DNA of 64,000 nucleotides from Leptospiraceae bacterium (GTDB taxonomy: Bacteria; Spirochaetota; Leptospiria; Leptospirales; Leptonemataceae), in assembly GCA_040217195.1 (NCBI GenBank), contig JAVJNR010000004.1, forward strand, positions 128,001 to 192,000. The letters run 5' to 3'. The notes beneath the pieces are model-generated. The model saw nothing but the letters and a program-made list of their open reading frames with translations, did no database searches and was not told the DNA's origin. The position numbers and the translations under genes are program-made. This document shows, piece after piece, positions 40,241-49,365 of this stretch. Numbering within the stretch: position 1 is the stretch's first letter; each line of letters opens with the position of its first letter.

Positions 40241-40999
40241 TCAGTATGCAGTAAAGCCTCCAGGTATCTCGCCTCTGGCATAGCTCTCTGCAGATCTTTT
40301 TGCATCCTTTAACATTCTCTTATGAGCTATGATTCGCACATAGAATGGAACTTTTCTGATCTTCTTTCCAGTGAGATGGGCAAGCAAATAGGCTCGCGCG
40401 CATTTTTCCAATAGCTCTGCATTGAATACAAGCTTTTCTGCAGTTACACCGCAAACCAGAACAGAATCAGAAAGTATCACTACATTTGATCCATCGGAAA
40501 GCTCCTTAAATATACCATCTTGATCCGAATCACCGGAGCTTTCCGGAACCGAACGGATGCTTCGTCCCAGCTGCCTGGCCTGCTCATCGAACACTCCCGG
40601 CATGGACAATCCCAGCTCTCCCAGGGCCATGGCCCAGGTTGGATGACCGATCATTATAGCTCCTACATCCGGTCGCCTATGATAGATTCTGGAATGCAGA
40701 TCCTTTACCGATTCTTGCTCGTAATTAAGTTTCTCCTTTCGAACACCGTTTCTGGACCTGGTCTTGCTCTCCATATACTGAAATTCATCACCTCCAGGGA
40801 TGCGAATGGATACACTTCCTGTGGCCTCCCCAAAAGCTCCCTTGCTGTCCAGACGTCTGGCGATCTGCTGAAGCACTCCAGCTGATTCGCCTTTTTTATT
40901 TGCTTTTTCCGATGGTTTTACGGCAGGCCTATTCTTAACTCTGGAAGCAGAGCCCTTTCTATTCTGCTTTTTTCCTGCCCTGGGTTTTACTTCTGCCAT
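40241..40999 (-). CDS. Class II aldolase/adducin-like protein, Zn ligands degenerate
   Basis: GSVSIRIPG, LHSRIYHRRPDVGAI, AELLEKCA. HxH is replaced by IGH and NHG by SDS. Confidence 0.8.
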   Translation of the reverse strand: MAEVKPRAGKKQNRKGSASRVKNRPAVKPSEKANKKGESAGVLQQIARRLDSKGAFGEATGSVSIRIPGGDEFQYMESKTRSRNGVRKEKLNYEQESVKDLHSRIYHRRPDVGAIMIGHPTWAMALGELGLSMPGVFDEQARQLGRSIRSVPESSGDSDQDGIFKELSDGSNVVILSDSVLVCGVTAEKLVFNAELLEKCARAYLLAHLTGKKIRKVPFYVRIIAHKRMLKDAKRSAESYARGEIPGGFTAY

Positions 41000-41032
41000 T
41001 GTTCTGCTCCTTATTCGGTTCAGGCTGAGCCC

Positions 41033-42550
41033 CTAAACCATTTTCAGAACCGATTCAAAGCGATTCAATGCTTCATCGATTATTTTATCAGTATCTGCCA
41101 TGCTGGTATAGATGCGACTGCCGGCCAGAGTTACGATTCCGTTTGCCATAAATGCGGCTCCCATCTCCTCCATCATATGCTTGCGCTGTTTCACTTCCTT
41201 CAGCACCTTAATAGGATTTCGCATGCTCATCAGAAGCACAGCCGAGGTCTGAAGATGAACGATGGATCCCTGATTATACACCACATAGGGCAGATTCAAA
41301 CGATCCACAATTTCCTTGAGCCCTGCACATAATCTGTCTCCGGCTCGACCTGCCTTTACGGCTGCGTTGTGTTTTTCCATTTCCCGAATGGAAAAAAATC
41401 CCGCTGCACAGGACAGCGGGTTAGCCGAAAGAGTGCCACCAACAAAGGCTCGCTTACCCATTGCACTGATTCCGCCGGCCAGAAGCATCATTACTTCTTT
41501 TTTTCCGCCAACGCCACCAGCCATGGGATAGCCACCAGTTAAACATTTTCCGAATACAGTTAAATCCGGGCGAACATTGAAATATCCCTGTGCGCCGCCC
41601 AGACCCACTCTAAATCCAGTTACCACTTCATCAAATATCAGAAGAGCTCCAAACTCATCGCAGAGCTTTCGAAGTTCTCTATTGTAATTTTCATAGATTG
41701 GCCTGGTACCGCTTTCCGGGCCCAGGGGTTCTACGATTACAGCGGCCGTACCACCGCGAAGATGATTTAAACGCATTTTTCTGCGAAGGGCCCCAATATC
41801 ATTGGGGAAGCATTCCTGGGTTCCAGCGGTTGAACCACGGGTAATTCCAGCGGCTTCCCTTCTTCCAGTGCCCGGAATTCGCATACCATAGACCATGGAA
41901 TCGCTCCAGCCATGATAACCGCCCCCGATCTTAATTACTTTTCGCTTTCCTGTGTAGGCGCGGGCAAGTCGAATCGCAGCCATAACGCTTTCTGTACCGG
42001 ACCCCAGCATACGAAACATTTCAATTCCGGGCATATGCCGGTTAATTTCCTGGGCAAGCTTGTATTCGTATTCGTGAAGCAATCCAGTGACCGGACCGCA
42101 ATCCTTGATCAATTCGATCATCTTTTTTTGAACCGGGCCATAGTTGGAACCAAGCAGCGTTGGGCCGCCAGCCTGTAAAAAATCAATGTACTGGTTCCCA
42201 TCCACATCTCGAAGATAGGCCCCGCGGGCGCGATCCACCGCCAGAGGAAATGGGTAATTAAAGGCCAGATTATGCTGTACCCCACCCGGAATATACTTCT
42301 GAGCTTCATCGGATATGGCTCTGGACTTTTTGCATCTGGTTTCGAAGTAGTTCAGCACCTCATCCATTTTATCCCTTCGAATTGTGCGAGGTGGCTCTTT
42401 CAGAAGCGCTTTCAGTTTATCATAAATCTCATCCGTATCAAGCCATGAGGAGATGGCATATTTCTGCGAAGGATTTACATCCCTGGCTGTTCCATTCACT
42501 CTCTTCTGGGTTCTTCGTGTCGTATTTCTCTCTATACTTGCTGTGCTCAT
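41033..42550 (-). CDS. Class III PLP-dependent aminotransferase, glutamate-1-semialdehyde aminomutase-like
   Basis: IPGGVQHN, DVDGNQYIDF, SGTESVMAAIRLAR, YHGWSD, LIFDEVVTGFR, FGKCLTGG (PLP Lys), GGTLSANP. Confidence 0.9.
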   Translation of the reverse strand: MSTASIERNTTRRTQKRVNGTARDVNPSQKYAISSWLDTDEIYDKLKALLKEPPRTIRRDKMDEVLNYFETRCKKSRAISDEAQKYIPGGVQHNLAFNYPFPLAVDRARGAYLRDVDGNQYIDFLQAGGPTLLGSNYGPVQKKMIELIKDCGPVTGLLHEYEYKLAQEINRHMPGIEMFRMLGSGTESVMAAIRLARAYTGKRKVIKIGGGYHGWSDSMVYGMRIPGTGRREAAGITRGSTAGTQECFPNDIGALRRKMRLNHLRGGTAAVIVEPLGPESGTRPIYENYNRELRKLCDEFGALLIFDEVVTGFRVGLGGAQGYFNVRPDLTVFGKCLTGGYPMAGGVGGKKEVMMLLAGGISAMGKRAFVGGTLSANPLSCAAGFFSIREMEKHNAAVKAGRAGDRLCAGLKEIVDRLNLPYVVYNQGSIVHLQTSAVLLMSMRNPIKVLKEVKQRKHMMEEMGAAFMANGIVTLAGSRIYTSMADTDKIIDEALNRFESVLKMV

Positions 42551-42634
42551 TTTTATCTCCCGAGTTAATACTCTCTATTTATTTATAACTATTACAGTGC
42601 TTATGCCCGCGGTAGTCAGCGGCGTTCTGACAGA

Positions 42635-43279
42635 TTAGATTGTCCTGAACTCCTGAAGACTGGCCAGGGCCTGCTTAACAATTCCCGAAGCAGAGCCATT
42701 ACTGGCAACGGTTATGGCCTCCTCAAGATACCGGGCGGCGGCCTTTTCTATTAGCCGAACATTGCGAATGGCCTGCTCCATATTTGAAGCGCCGCAGATA
42801 ATACCATGATTTCGAAGCAGGTACCCGTTCAGATCTTTGCGTAGTTTCTTTTTCAGAGCCCGGACCAGCATGCTTGTTCCAGATGGTCCGTATCCAACCA
42901 CCGGAATCCTTTCTCCCAGAGCTTCCTGCTCTTCTCCGTACATGAGTGGGATATCCCGGTTCAGCAAGGCCATGGCGCTGGCAACAGGCTGATGAGTATG
43001 AACACTTGCCCGAATTTCTGGTCGATGCCTGAAAATGAGTGCGTGCAAGCCGCTTTCTACACTTGGAGTGCGATCTCCCTCCAGTAGTTCCAGGGAATGG
43101 ATATCCAGAATACATATGTCGTCTGGTTTCATGGAAAAGTAATCCGCAGCCGAAGGCGTTACCGCCATTCTATCGGCGATGCGAAGTGCAAGATTGCCGC
43201 CAATACCTGCCAGATAGCCCATCCCGGAAAGGACATGACAGGCCTCCACAACCTGTTTCTTTAATTCATAGTTCGACAT
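42635..43279 (-). CDS. Class II (Zn) aldolase/adducin family, FucA-like
   Basis: GGNLALR, VTPS, PSVESGLH, VHTHQ, LLRNHG. GAGG SD before ATG 43279. Confidence 0.9.
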   Translation of the reverse strand: MSNYELKKQVVEACHVLSGMGYLAGIGGNLALRIADRMAVTPSAADYFSMKPDDICILDIHSLELLEGDRTPSVESGLHALIFRHRPEIRASVHTHQPVASAMALLNRDIPLMYGEEQEALGERIPVVGYGPSGTSMLVRALKKKLRKDLNGYLLRNHGIICGASNMEQAIRNVRLIEKAAARYLEEAITVASNGSASGIVKQALASLQEFRTI

Positions 43280-43292
43280 TTTCTTCCTCGTT

Positions 43293-44888
43293 TCAGGAAC
43301 CGGTCTGCCGATTCCATTTTTTATACAGAGGAGCCAGCCTCTTATGCAGCTCTTTAAATCTCTGAAATGATTCATTCATGATTTCGTGGTGTGCCATTAC
43401 AGGCTCATAGACCTGTTGAATCTTGATTCTTTGTGAAACATCCGAGTAATTCAGATATCCCAGACCAACAGCTGCAATCCAGGCAGCACCCCTTGCATTG
43501 GTTTCCATGGGTCCTTCTGGTTGATGCACAGCAATACCCAGAGTATCAGCGAAAATCTGACACCAGATATTCGAAACGGCTCCTCCGCCCACCATTGTAA
43601 TAGAATCTAGAGAATGCCCCAGGAACTTTTCTGTTGGCTTAATCATCCATCGAGTATTCAAAGCTACTCCTTCGAGAAAGGCTCGAATAATGTCTTCGCG
43701 ACTATGTTCCAGGGAAAGATTTATAAGGCCAGCCCGGAGGGATCGATCTTCTACCGGACATCGTTCTCCGTAGAGCCAGGGCAAATACATCAATCCACGA
43801 CTTCCGGCCGGGGTCCGTGCTGCGATTAAATCCAGTATCTTATATACGTCCGGTGCATGGGTTTCCCGCAGTAATTCATCCTCATGGTAGAGTACTCTTT
43901 CTTTCAGGAAAGTAAGGTTACCCCCGGCCGTGGTTTGCATGGCGGTCATCAGGTACTTACCTGGAATAGCGCAGGGCACGGAGGCAATACTGGAAAGCAC
44001 ATCCGTTTTCTTTTTACTCATATGCGCCGCAATCCAGGAAGACGTGCCAATATAAAAGTGAGCCTGACCATCGCTTACGGCTCCTGATCCAATGGCAGCG
44101 GCACTATTGTCGATGGCACCGGCCACTACCTGAGTGTCCCTGGAAAGACCCAGCTTATCGGCCACCTCTGGAAGCACAGGCCCCAGAGGCTCCGTGCAGG
44201 ATACGATCTCAGGAAACTTATCCGACTCGATTCCCGAGGCCCTTAGCAGAGAATTGTTATAGCGAATTTGATTGCTGTTCCTATTGTCTGTGACCCAGGA
44301 AGTTAGGATGGAATCGGATGTTGCCAGGAATCGACCGGACAATTTAAGATTCAAATAATCCAGCACATTCAGGAATTTATAAGTTCTCTCGTAGATAGCA
44401 GGATGCTCATCTCGAATATAGAGCATATGGGCGAATGGATCCTTACCAGAAAGAGCCGGAGCCCCGCCTGTGAGACTGATCCACTTCCAGAGCTTCCATG
44501 GGCCATAGCCGGCCACGCGAAAAGCTCCCCCCACAGCGCGATGTACATGCTCTGCACCGCGCATATCCATCCATAGAATCGCATTCATTAGAGGATTTCC
44601 CGAGGCATCAACGGCTACGGTTCCCTCACCCTGAGTGGAGCAGCAAATTGCTTTGATTTGATCCCTGGAAACAGAGCCGGAAGCAATAGCCTTCTGGGCC
44701 GTAACCAGAAGTGCATTCCACCAATCCCGGGGGTCCTGTTCGGCCCCATGCCCTTCCCGCAAATGCAACGGTACTTCCTGAAAAGCCCAGGAATGGACTT
44801 TTCCATTAAGATCGCACAATGCAGTCTTGCATCCCGATGTGCCCAGGTCCACTGCCAGGATCATAGTTTGCTCTGCGGCATCCGCCAT
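43293..44888 (-). CDS. FGGY-family carbohydrate kinase (xylulokinase-like)
   Basis: LAVDLGTSGCK, AEQDP.DWW, AILWMDMRG, IGTSSW, LPWLYGERCP, RAFLEGVA, VGGGA.S.IWCQIFAD. Start 44888 or 44909. Confidence 0.92.
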   Translation of the reverse strand: MADAAEQTMILAVDLGTSGCKTALCDLNGKVHSWAFQEVPLHLREGHGAEQDPRDWWNALLVTAQKAIASGSVSRDQIKAICCSTQGEGTVAVDASGNPLMNAILWMDMRGAEHVHRAVGGAFRVAGYGPWKLWKWISLTGGAPALSGKDPFAHMLYIRDEHPAIYERTYKFLNVLDYLNLKLSGRFLATSDSILTSWVTDNRNSNQIRYNNSLLRASGIESDKFPEIVSCTEPLGPVLPEVADKLGLSRDTQVVAGAIDNSAAAIGSGAVSDGQAHFYIGTSSWIAAHMSKKKTDVLSSIASVPCAIPGKYLMTAMQTTAGGNLTFLKERVLYHEDELLRETHAPDVYKILDLIAARTPAGSRGLMYLPWLYGERCPVEDRSLRAGLINLSLEHSREDIIRAFLEGVALNTRWMIKPTEKFLGHSLDSITMVGGGAVSNIWCQIFADTLGIAVHQPEGPMETNARGAAWIAAVGLGYLNYSDVSQRIKIQQVYEPVMAHHEIMNESFQRFKELHKRLAPLYKKWNRQTGS

Positions 44889-44898
44889 AATGACCCAG

Positions 44899-45086
44899 AA
44901 ATTAGTCATGGAGCTCGCATAGTCAACAATTGTTTATTCTTTACTGGAGAAATTGAACAATTTTTCAGAATCAGGAACGATTATGCGACATAATCAACGG
45001 ATTAGGAGGGAATATGGAGCAAAATGATGACAACTGTCGATTTTTTAGTCGATTTTTGTTGACACTTCTACAGAAAAACCCAATAT
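44899..45086. promoter_or_regulatory. Divergent promoter region of kinase operon and tetR, with two related palindromes
   Basis: AACAATTGTT (44925-44934) overlaps a minus-strand TTGACT -35. GACAACTGTC at 45029-45038. Plus-strand TTGACA (45059) -16 nt- CAATAT before tetR. Confidence 0.55.
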
Positions 45087-45092
45087 CCGGGT

Positions 45093-45770
45093 ATGGATTC
45101 TCGACTTACAGATGCTTCTCTTGCTCCGGAACTGGGGCCCAGGAAGTTTAAGTTCACCAGCCGCCAGGGTCGAGACAGACGAGCCAGGCTCCTGGGAGCT
45201 GCACGAGAGCTACTGAGGGAAGCTTCCCCGGAAAACATTAGCTTTGCAGATGTTTGCCAGAAAGCAGAAATTCCCAGACCCTCTGCCTACCATTTCTTTC
45301 CCAATATACAGGCTATTTTTCACGGACTTCGGTTGCTGCATGCAGAGACTCTGGTGGAAAGAGCGCTGGTACTTCAATCCCGGGATTTTGACAACTGGAG
45401 AGATTACCTGGATGCGCTGGTGGATACTGCATTGCAGGTCACTCAATCGGATGCAGCCTATCCAGCATTGATATATGGTTATGGCCTGGACTTCCTGGAA
45501 ACCCGGGAAATTGGCAGAGATCTGGATAGCCGCCTGGCTGGCCTGGCATTGCAGGGAATGAAGAACAAGTTTACACTTCCGGATATTGCCAATCTGGAAG
45601 AAATCTTTGGCATCGCCCTTGCGATCATAGACTCAATATTTCGCCAGTCCTTTCGTCGCAAAGGCAAGATCTCTCCAGAAATGGTCATGGAAGCCAAACG
45701 TGCTGCCACTTCCTATTTAAAGCTCTACATACCAGAATTTATTCCTGCACGCAGGATGGATGGGAAATGA
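45093..45770 (+). CDS. TetR/AcrR-family transcriptional regulator
   Basis: RRARLLGAARELL and HTH ISFADVCQKAEIPRPSAYHFFPN. Confidence 0.9.
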   Translation: MDSRLTDASLAPELGPRKFKFTSRQGRDRRARLLGAARELLREASPENISFADVCQKAEIPRPSAYHFFPNIQAIFHGLRLLHAETLVERALVLQSRDFDNWRDYLDALVDTALQVTQSDAAYPALIYGYGLDFLETREIGRDLDSRLAGLALQGMKNKFTLPDIANLEEIFGIALAIIDSIFRQSFRRKGKISPEMVMEAKRAATSYLKLYIPEFIPARRMDGK

Positions 45771-45917
45771 GAACTCAAATAGGGACTCAATGTTTCATAA
45801 AGATTCAATACATAAAATAGAAAAAAACAATCCGAACGAATCGGAAGAGTGACCGCGAAAGCGGAAATATAAACAGACAATGTGCGAAAGAGTGAGATCA
45901 ACTTTGGGGGGTTAAGA

Positions 45918-48194
45918 ATGAAACGATTCTTACCAGGGATGGTACTTGCAGCCATCCCATTATTGACAGTCTGCAAGAATAACAGTGATGCGCCATTGGG
46001 TTTCGTACCGGGCTCCGAGGTTTCTTCTATAGAATCCGCTCTGGGCCTTCAAAGTCTATCTGTAGATAGCGGAACCTACAACGTGGGAGCATCCAAAATA
46101 GATATCACCGGTCCATTTGCACAAGAAAGTACCGGGTATAATAGTCCTGGCGAAACAATGGATGGCCTGGCGATGAGGCTCTATAGCAGAACATTTGTTA
46201 TTGAGCAGCCCGGCGGCAAGATAATTGCCATTGCAACCGCAGATCAGCTTCATCTCTACCAGAGCATCAAGCTCGGTGTAGTGAAGAAACTGGCCCTGGA
46301 TGGCTATGGACATGTGTTCGATGAGCGCAATGTGATGATTTCGGCTACTCACACTCATGCGGCCACTTCAAATCATAGCTGGTACACACTCTTCAATCTG
46401 TTCAATGGAGTCACTGGATTTGACGAACTTCATTATCAGGTTGTAGTAAGCGGGATAGCAAAATCCATCGAAGAGGCCTATGATAATCGTCAGGCGGCAA
46501 AGATTAAATTTGCAAAAGGGCCTGTAACTGACGGTGGCTTTAATCGGTCCACCATTGCCTACGACACCAATCCAGATGCTTCCAACTATGATGAGAATAT
46601 CGATGAAAACATGACACTGTTAAGATTCGATTCCATTTCAGGAGAGCCTATTGGTGCCATCAACTGGTACGGAGTACACGGAACTTCCCTGGGAATCAAC
46701 AACAGCAGGATCCATGGGAACAACAAAGGCTGGGCTTCCTATGAGATGGAAAAACAAATGGGCGGCGACTTTGTAGCTGCTTTCGCACAAAGCACCGTTG
46801 GCGATGTTAGCCCGAATCAACCAGATCCGAATGACATTACTCTGGCTTTTCTGCGTCCATCGGACCTGGATCCCACCCTGGACACCCTGGATGATCCTGT
46901 AGTTCACGGACAGAAGCAACTCAGCAAAGCTCTGGAACTTTACAGCCAGGCCCAGGAAATGAATGCAGTGGCTATAGATTTTCGCCACAGCTTTGTAAAC
47001 TTCAATCAGGTACCGGTTTCCAATCAATACATTGGAGACCATCGAATGCCCTATGATACGGAAGTAGACCAAAACCAGGCCTCTACCTGTGTTGCCACAG
47101 TGGGTGCTGCATTTCTTGCAGGAGATGAAGAAGGGGCCCCTGTGGATTTCGCAGAGGAAGGTGAGATTCGTAACAACTACACCTATGAGAATGGACAGTG
47201 GGTGCGAAATGAATACAATCTTACCAATCTGGACGGAGTAGCTCAAATTCTGGGCGTGTTCTGGCCATTGGCTTCCCAGGTACTTCAAACAAGCAAGTTC
47301 GATGCATGCGCGAAAGAAAAACTGGCATTGCTTCCAGTAGGCGAAGTGGACGATTTCTGGTTTCCCAATCCAGAAGTTCCATTTATACCTGTAAATGTAC
47401 CGGTTCAGACCATTCGCATTGGAGACCTGGTCATTGCGGGCTCATCATTTGAAATCACAACAATGGCCGGCCGTCGGGCGGAGTCTGTGTTGCTCAATAC
47501 TCTGAATCCTGCAGGAGTGGATCATATTGTAATAGGATCCATGGTAAATTCCTACACAAATTACCTGGCCACTCGCGAAGAGTATGCGGCCCAGCACTAT
47601 GAAGGTTCCTTTACAGTGTTTGGACCATTTTCTGCAGCAGCTTTTAGACAGGAAATGGATCGTCTGGCCACCGATATGGTGAACAATCAGCCCAGTGATT
47701 CTGGACCGGTACCACCGGATCTCGCCAGCCAGCAGCTAATCGAAACCTGGATTTCAGCCAATGGTGTTGTAAATGATGGGGGTAACTTCGGAACCGTTCT
47801 CACAGCTCCGGCCGCCAGCTACGATGCGAGCAAGGATTCGGTTACTGTTGTATTCCAGGCCGCCCACCCAAGAACGGCACTGATCAAGAAGATGGATGGC
47901 ACTCTGGCTAACTATTATGATCCAGAGGACTATCAATTGATCGAAGTTCAAAGAAACGTCAACGGAAACTGGCAGACTGTGGCCACCGAATCGGATCCCT
48001 ATACCAGCTTTCAATGGGTTCGAACCGGCGGGGATTTAAGCGCCACCTCGGAAGCCACTGTGACCTGGAAGATTCGAGACCAGGCTCCAGGAACCTATAG
48101 AATCCGATACAACGGCCTTGCAAAGCGCTGGTACTTCTTCTGGACTTCCTATGAATCCTTCACAGGCAGCACGTCCAGCTTCCAGCTTCAATAG
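45918..48194 (+). CDS. Neutral/alkaline ceramidase, probable lipoprotein
   Basis: RLYSRTF, ISATHTH, FNRS, WYGVHGTS, NKGWASY, AFAQSTVGDVSPN, EITTMAGRR, YLATREEYAAQHYEG, PGTYRIRYNG. Signal MKRFLPG...LLTVC. Confidence 0.92.
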   Translation: MKRFLPGMVLAAIPLLTVCKNNSDAPLGFVPGSEVSSIESALGLQSLSVDSGTYNVGASKIDITGPFAQESTGYNSPGETMDGLAMRLYSRTFVIEQPGGKIIAIATADQLHLYQSIKLGVVKKLALDGYGHVFDERNVMISATHTHAATSNHSWYTLFNLFNGVTGFDELHYQVVVSGIAKSIEEAYDNRQAAKIKFAKGPVTDGGFNRSTIAYDTNPDASNYDENIDENMTLLRFDSISGEPIGAINWYGVHGTSLGINNSRIHGNNKGWASYEMEKQMGGDFVAAFAQSTVGDVSPNQPDPNDITLAFLRPSDLDPTLDTLDDPVVHGQKQLSKALELYSQAQEMNAVAIDFRHSFVNFNQVPVSNQYIGDHRMPYDTEVDQNQASTCVATVGAAFLAGDEEGAPVDFAEEGEIRNNYTYENGQWVRNEYNLTNLDGVAQILGVFWPLASQVLQTSKFDACAKEKLALLPVGEVDDFWFPNPEVPFIPVNVPVQTIRIGDLVIAGSSFEITTMAGRRAESVLLNTLNPAGVDHIVIGSMVNSYTNYLATREEYAAQHYEGSFTVFGPFSAAAFRQEMDRLATDMVNNQPSDSGPVPPDLASQQLIETWISANGVVNDGGNFGTVLTAPAASYDASKDSVTVVFQAAHPRTALIKKMDGTLANYYDPEDYQLIEVQRNVNGNWQTVATESDPYTSFQWVRTGGDLSATSEATVTWKIRDQAPGTYRIRYNGLAKRWYFFWTSYESFTGSTSSFQLQ

Positions 48195-48246
48195 ATTAGA
48201 ACACTCCTTCCCTGGATTCTAGAATAAAGAATCCAGGAGTCTCCGC

Positions 48247-48276
48247 GGCCCGCGATGAAAATCGTGGGCCTTTTTT
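48247..48276 (+). terminator. Rho-independent terminator after the ceramidase gene
   Basis: ggcccgcgat-gaaa-atcgtgggcc followed by TTTTTT. A second hairpin, cctggattct/agaatccagg, lies at 48211-48237. Confidence 0.85.
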
Positions 48277-48567
48277 CCTTCCAAACTTTTGGGATTCGCG
48301 GATTTCCGGGAAGAATATAGATCACGGTTGCAGTTTATTCGAAGCTAAAGGAGCAATCTGAACCAAACTATCAATTCAAAGATAGGGGCCTTCCGGAGAG
48401 AAAAGAATAAGGGGACCTGCATTGCTACTTATTGAATCAGTCGGTGTGGACTGGCCCCTGGCTCGCAGTACTTCCAGTGATTTCCGGTCTGATAGCCCTT
48501 TTCGCCAGGGTAAAAAACAGAACCTATGCCGGAATTATTGACAACGGATCTGCTCACTTCAACCTGC

Positions 48568-48762
48568 CGATAAGGTTTCGCTTATCCCTGATATGCGAAT
48601 GAAAAGGGAAATCGGTGCAAATCCGATGCTGTACCCGCAGCTGTAAATTCAGGCTCTGTAATTTGGATTGGTTTCTAACATTGTGGAGCGGTGCTTATCT
48701 AATCCACTGCTATGCGGGAAGGAGATGAGCATTATCTGAAGAAGCCAGAAGACCTGCCTTAG
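48568..48762 (+). ncRNA. Cobalamin (B12) riboswitch
   Basis: AAGGT...AAAAGGGAAatCGGTGcAAATCCG..GCTGTACCCGCAGCTGTA...CCACTG...GGGAAGG...AGCCAGAAGACCTGCCTT (B12 box). TTGACA -35 at 48538. Confidence 0.95.
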
Positions 48763-48859
48763 AATATCCATGACTTTCGGGAGTTAGAGTCAGGCAGCAT
48801 TCCTCAATTCTGGAATACTACCTCTTTAGCCCCGCAGGCAAAGGCCTGACGGAGGAAAA

Positions 48860-48973
48860 ATGAAAATCGAAAAAGATAAGAACGATGCACTGTCGTTTCT
48901 ATATTCTGTTGAGCATTCCATTCTGCAGATGTGTTTCACCGAATCCAATGCTAATCCGGGGGACGTGGGATGA
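48860..48973 (+). CDS. Putative 37-aa small protein immediately downstream of the B12 riboswitch
   Basis: GGAGG SD, ATG 48860, MKIEKDKNDALSFLYSVEHSILQMCFTESNANPGDVG*. Its stop overlaps the next ATG (ATGA). Confidence 0.5.
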   Translation: MKIEKDKNDALSFLYSVEHSILQMCFTESNANPGDVG

Positions 48974-49209
48974 ATCATTGTGACCGTCCACAGAATCAGG
49001 ACCCGGCTTCGCTAGAAGGCACTGCCCATGAGTTGATATCCTGCCCTCGCTGCCGCATTAGTTTCGCATGTACGCCCACCAGTATTAGCGCTTGCTGGTG
49101 TATTCATGAAAAAATCTCGATAGAACTAATGCGTAAGCTGGAAGGACAATTTAACGGATGCTTGTGCAGAGAATGCCTTCTGGAACTGGCAGCTGAAAAT
49201 GCGCAATAG
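48970..49209 (+). CDS. Cysteine-rich CWC family protein
   Basis: CPRC.I.F.C......CWC...............CLCRECL pattern. Confidence 0.85.
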   Translation: MNHCDRPQNQDPASLEGTAHELISCPRCRISFACTPTSISACWCIHEKISIELMRKLEGQFNGCLCRECLLELAAENAQ

Positions 49210-49365
49210 GATGCAGCTCCCAGATTAAGTTACCGGATTACAATGGTATGGAAATTTCAAGGGCAGACGACTACAAGATCTCTCCGCAAACCGATAGATC
49301 CCAACATTCCAATTCAGGGGGCCACAGAACAAGCCAGAGTTCTGGGCCAGAGTGTTTCAAGACTA

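Noticed and set aside
41033..42550. Calling the gene hemL
   Set aside because: Substrate motifs differ from HemL and the context is catabolic.
48415..48602. Short hydrophobic frame (WTGPWLAVLPVISGLIALFARVK) before the riboswitch
   Set aside because: No clear SD or start, and it overlaps the riboswitch promoter and aptamer.
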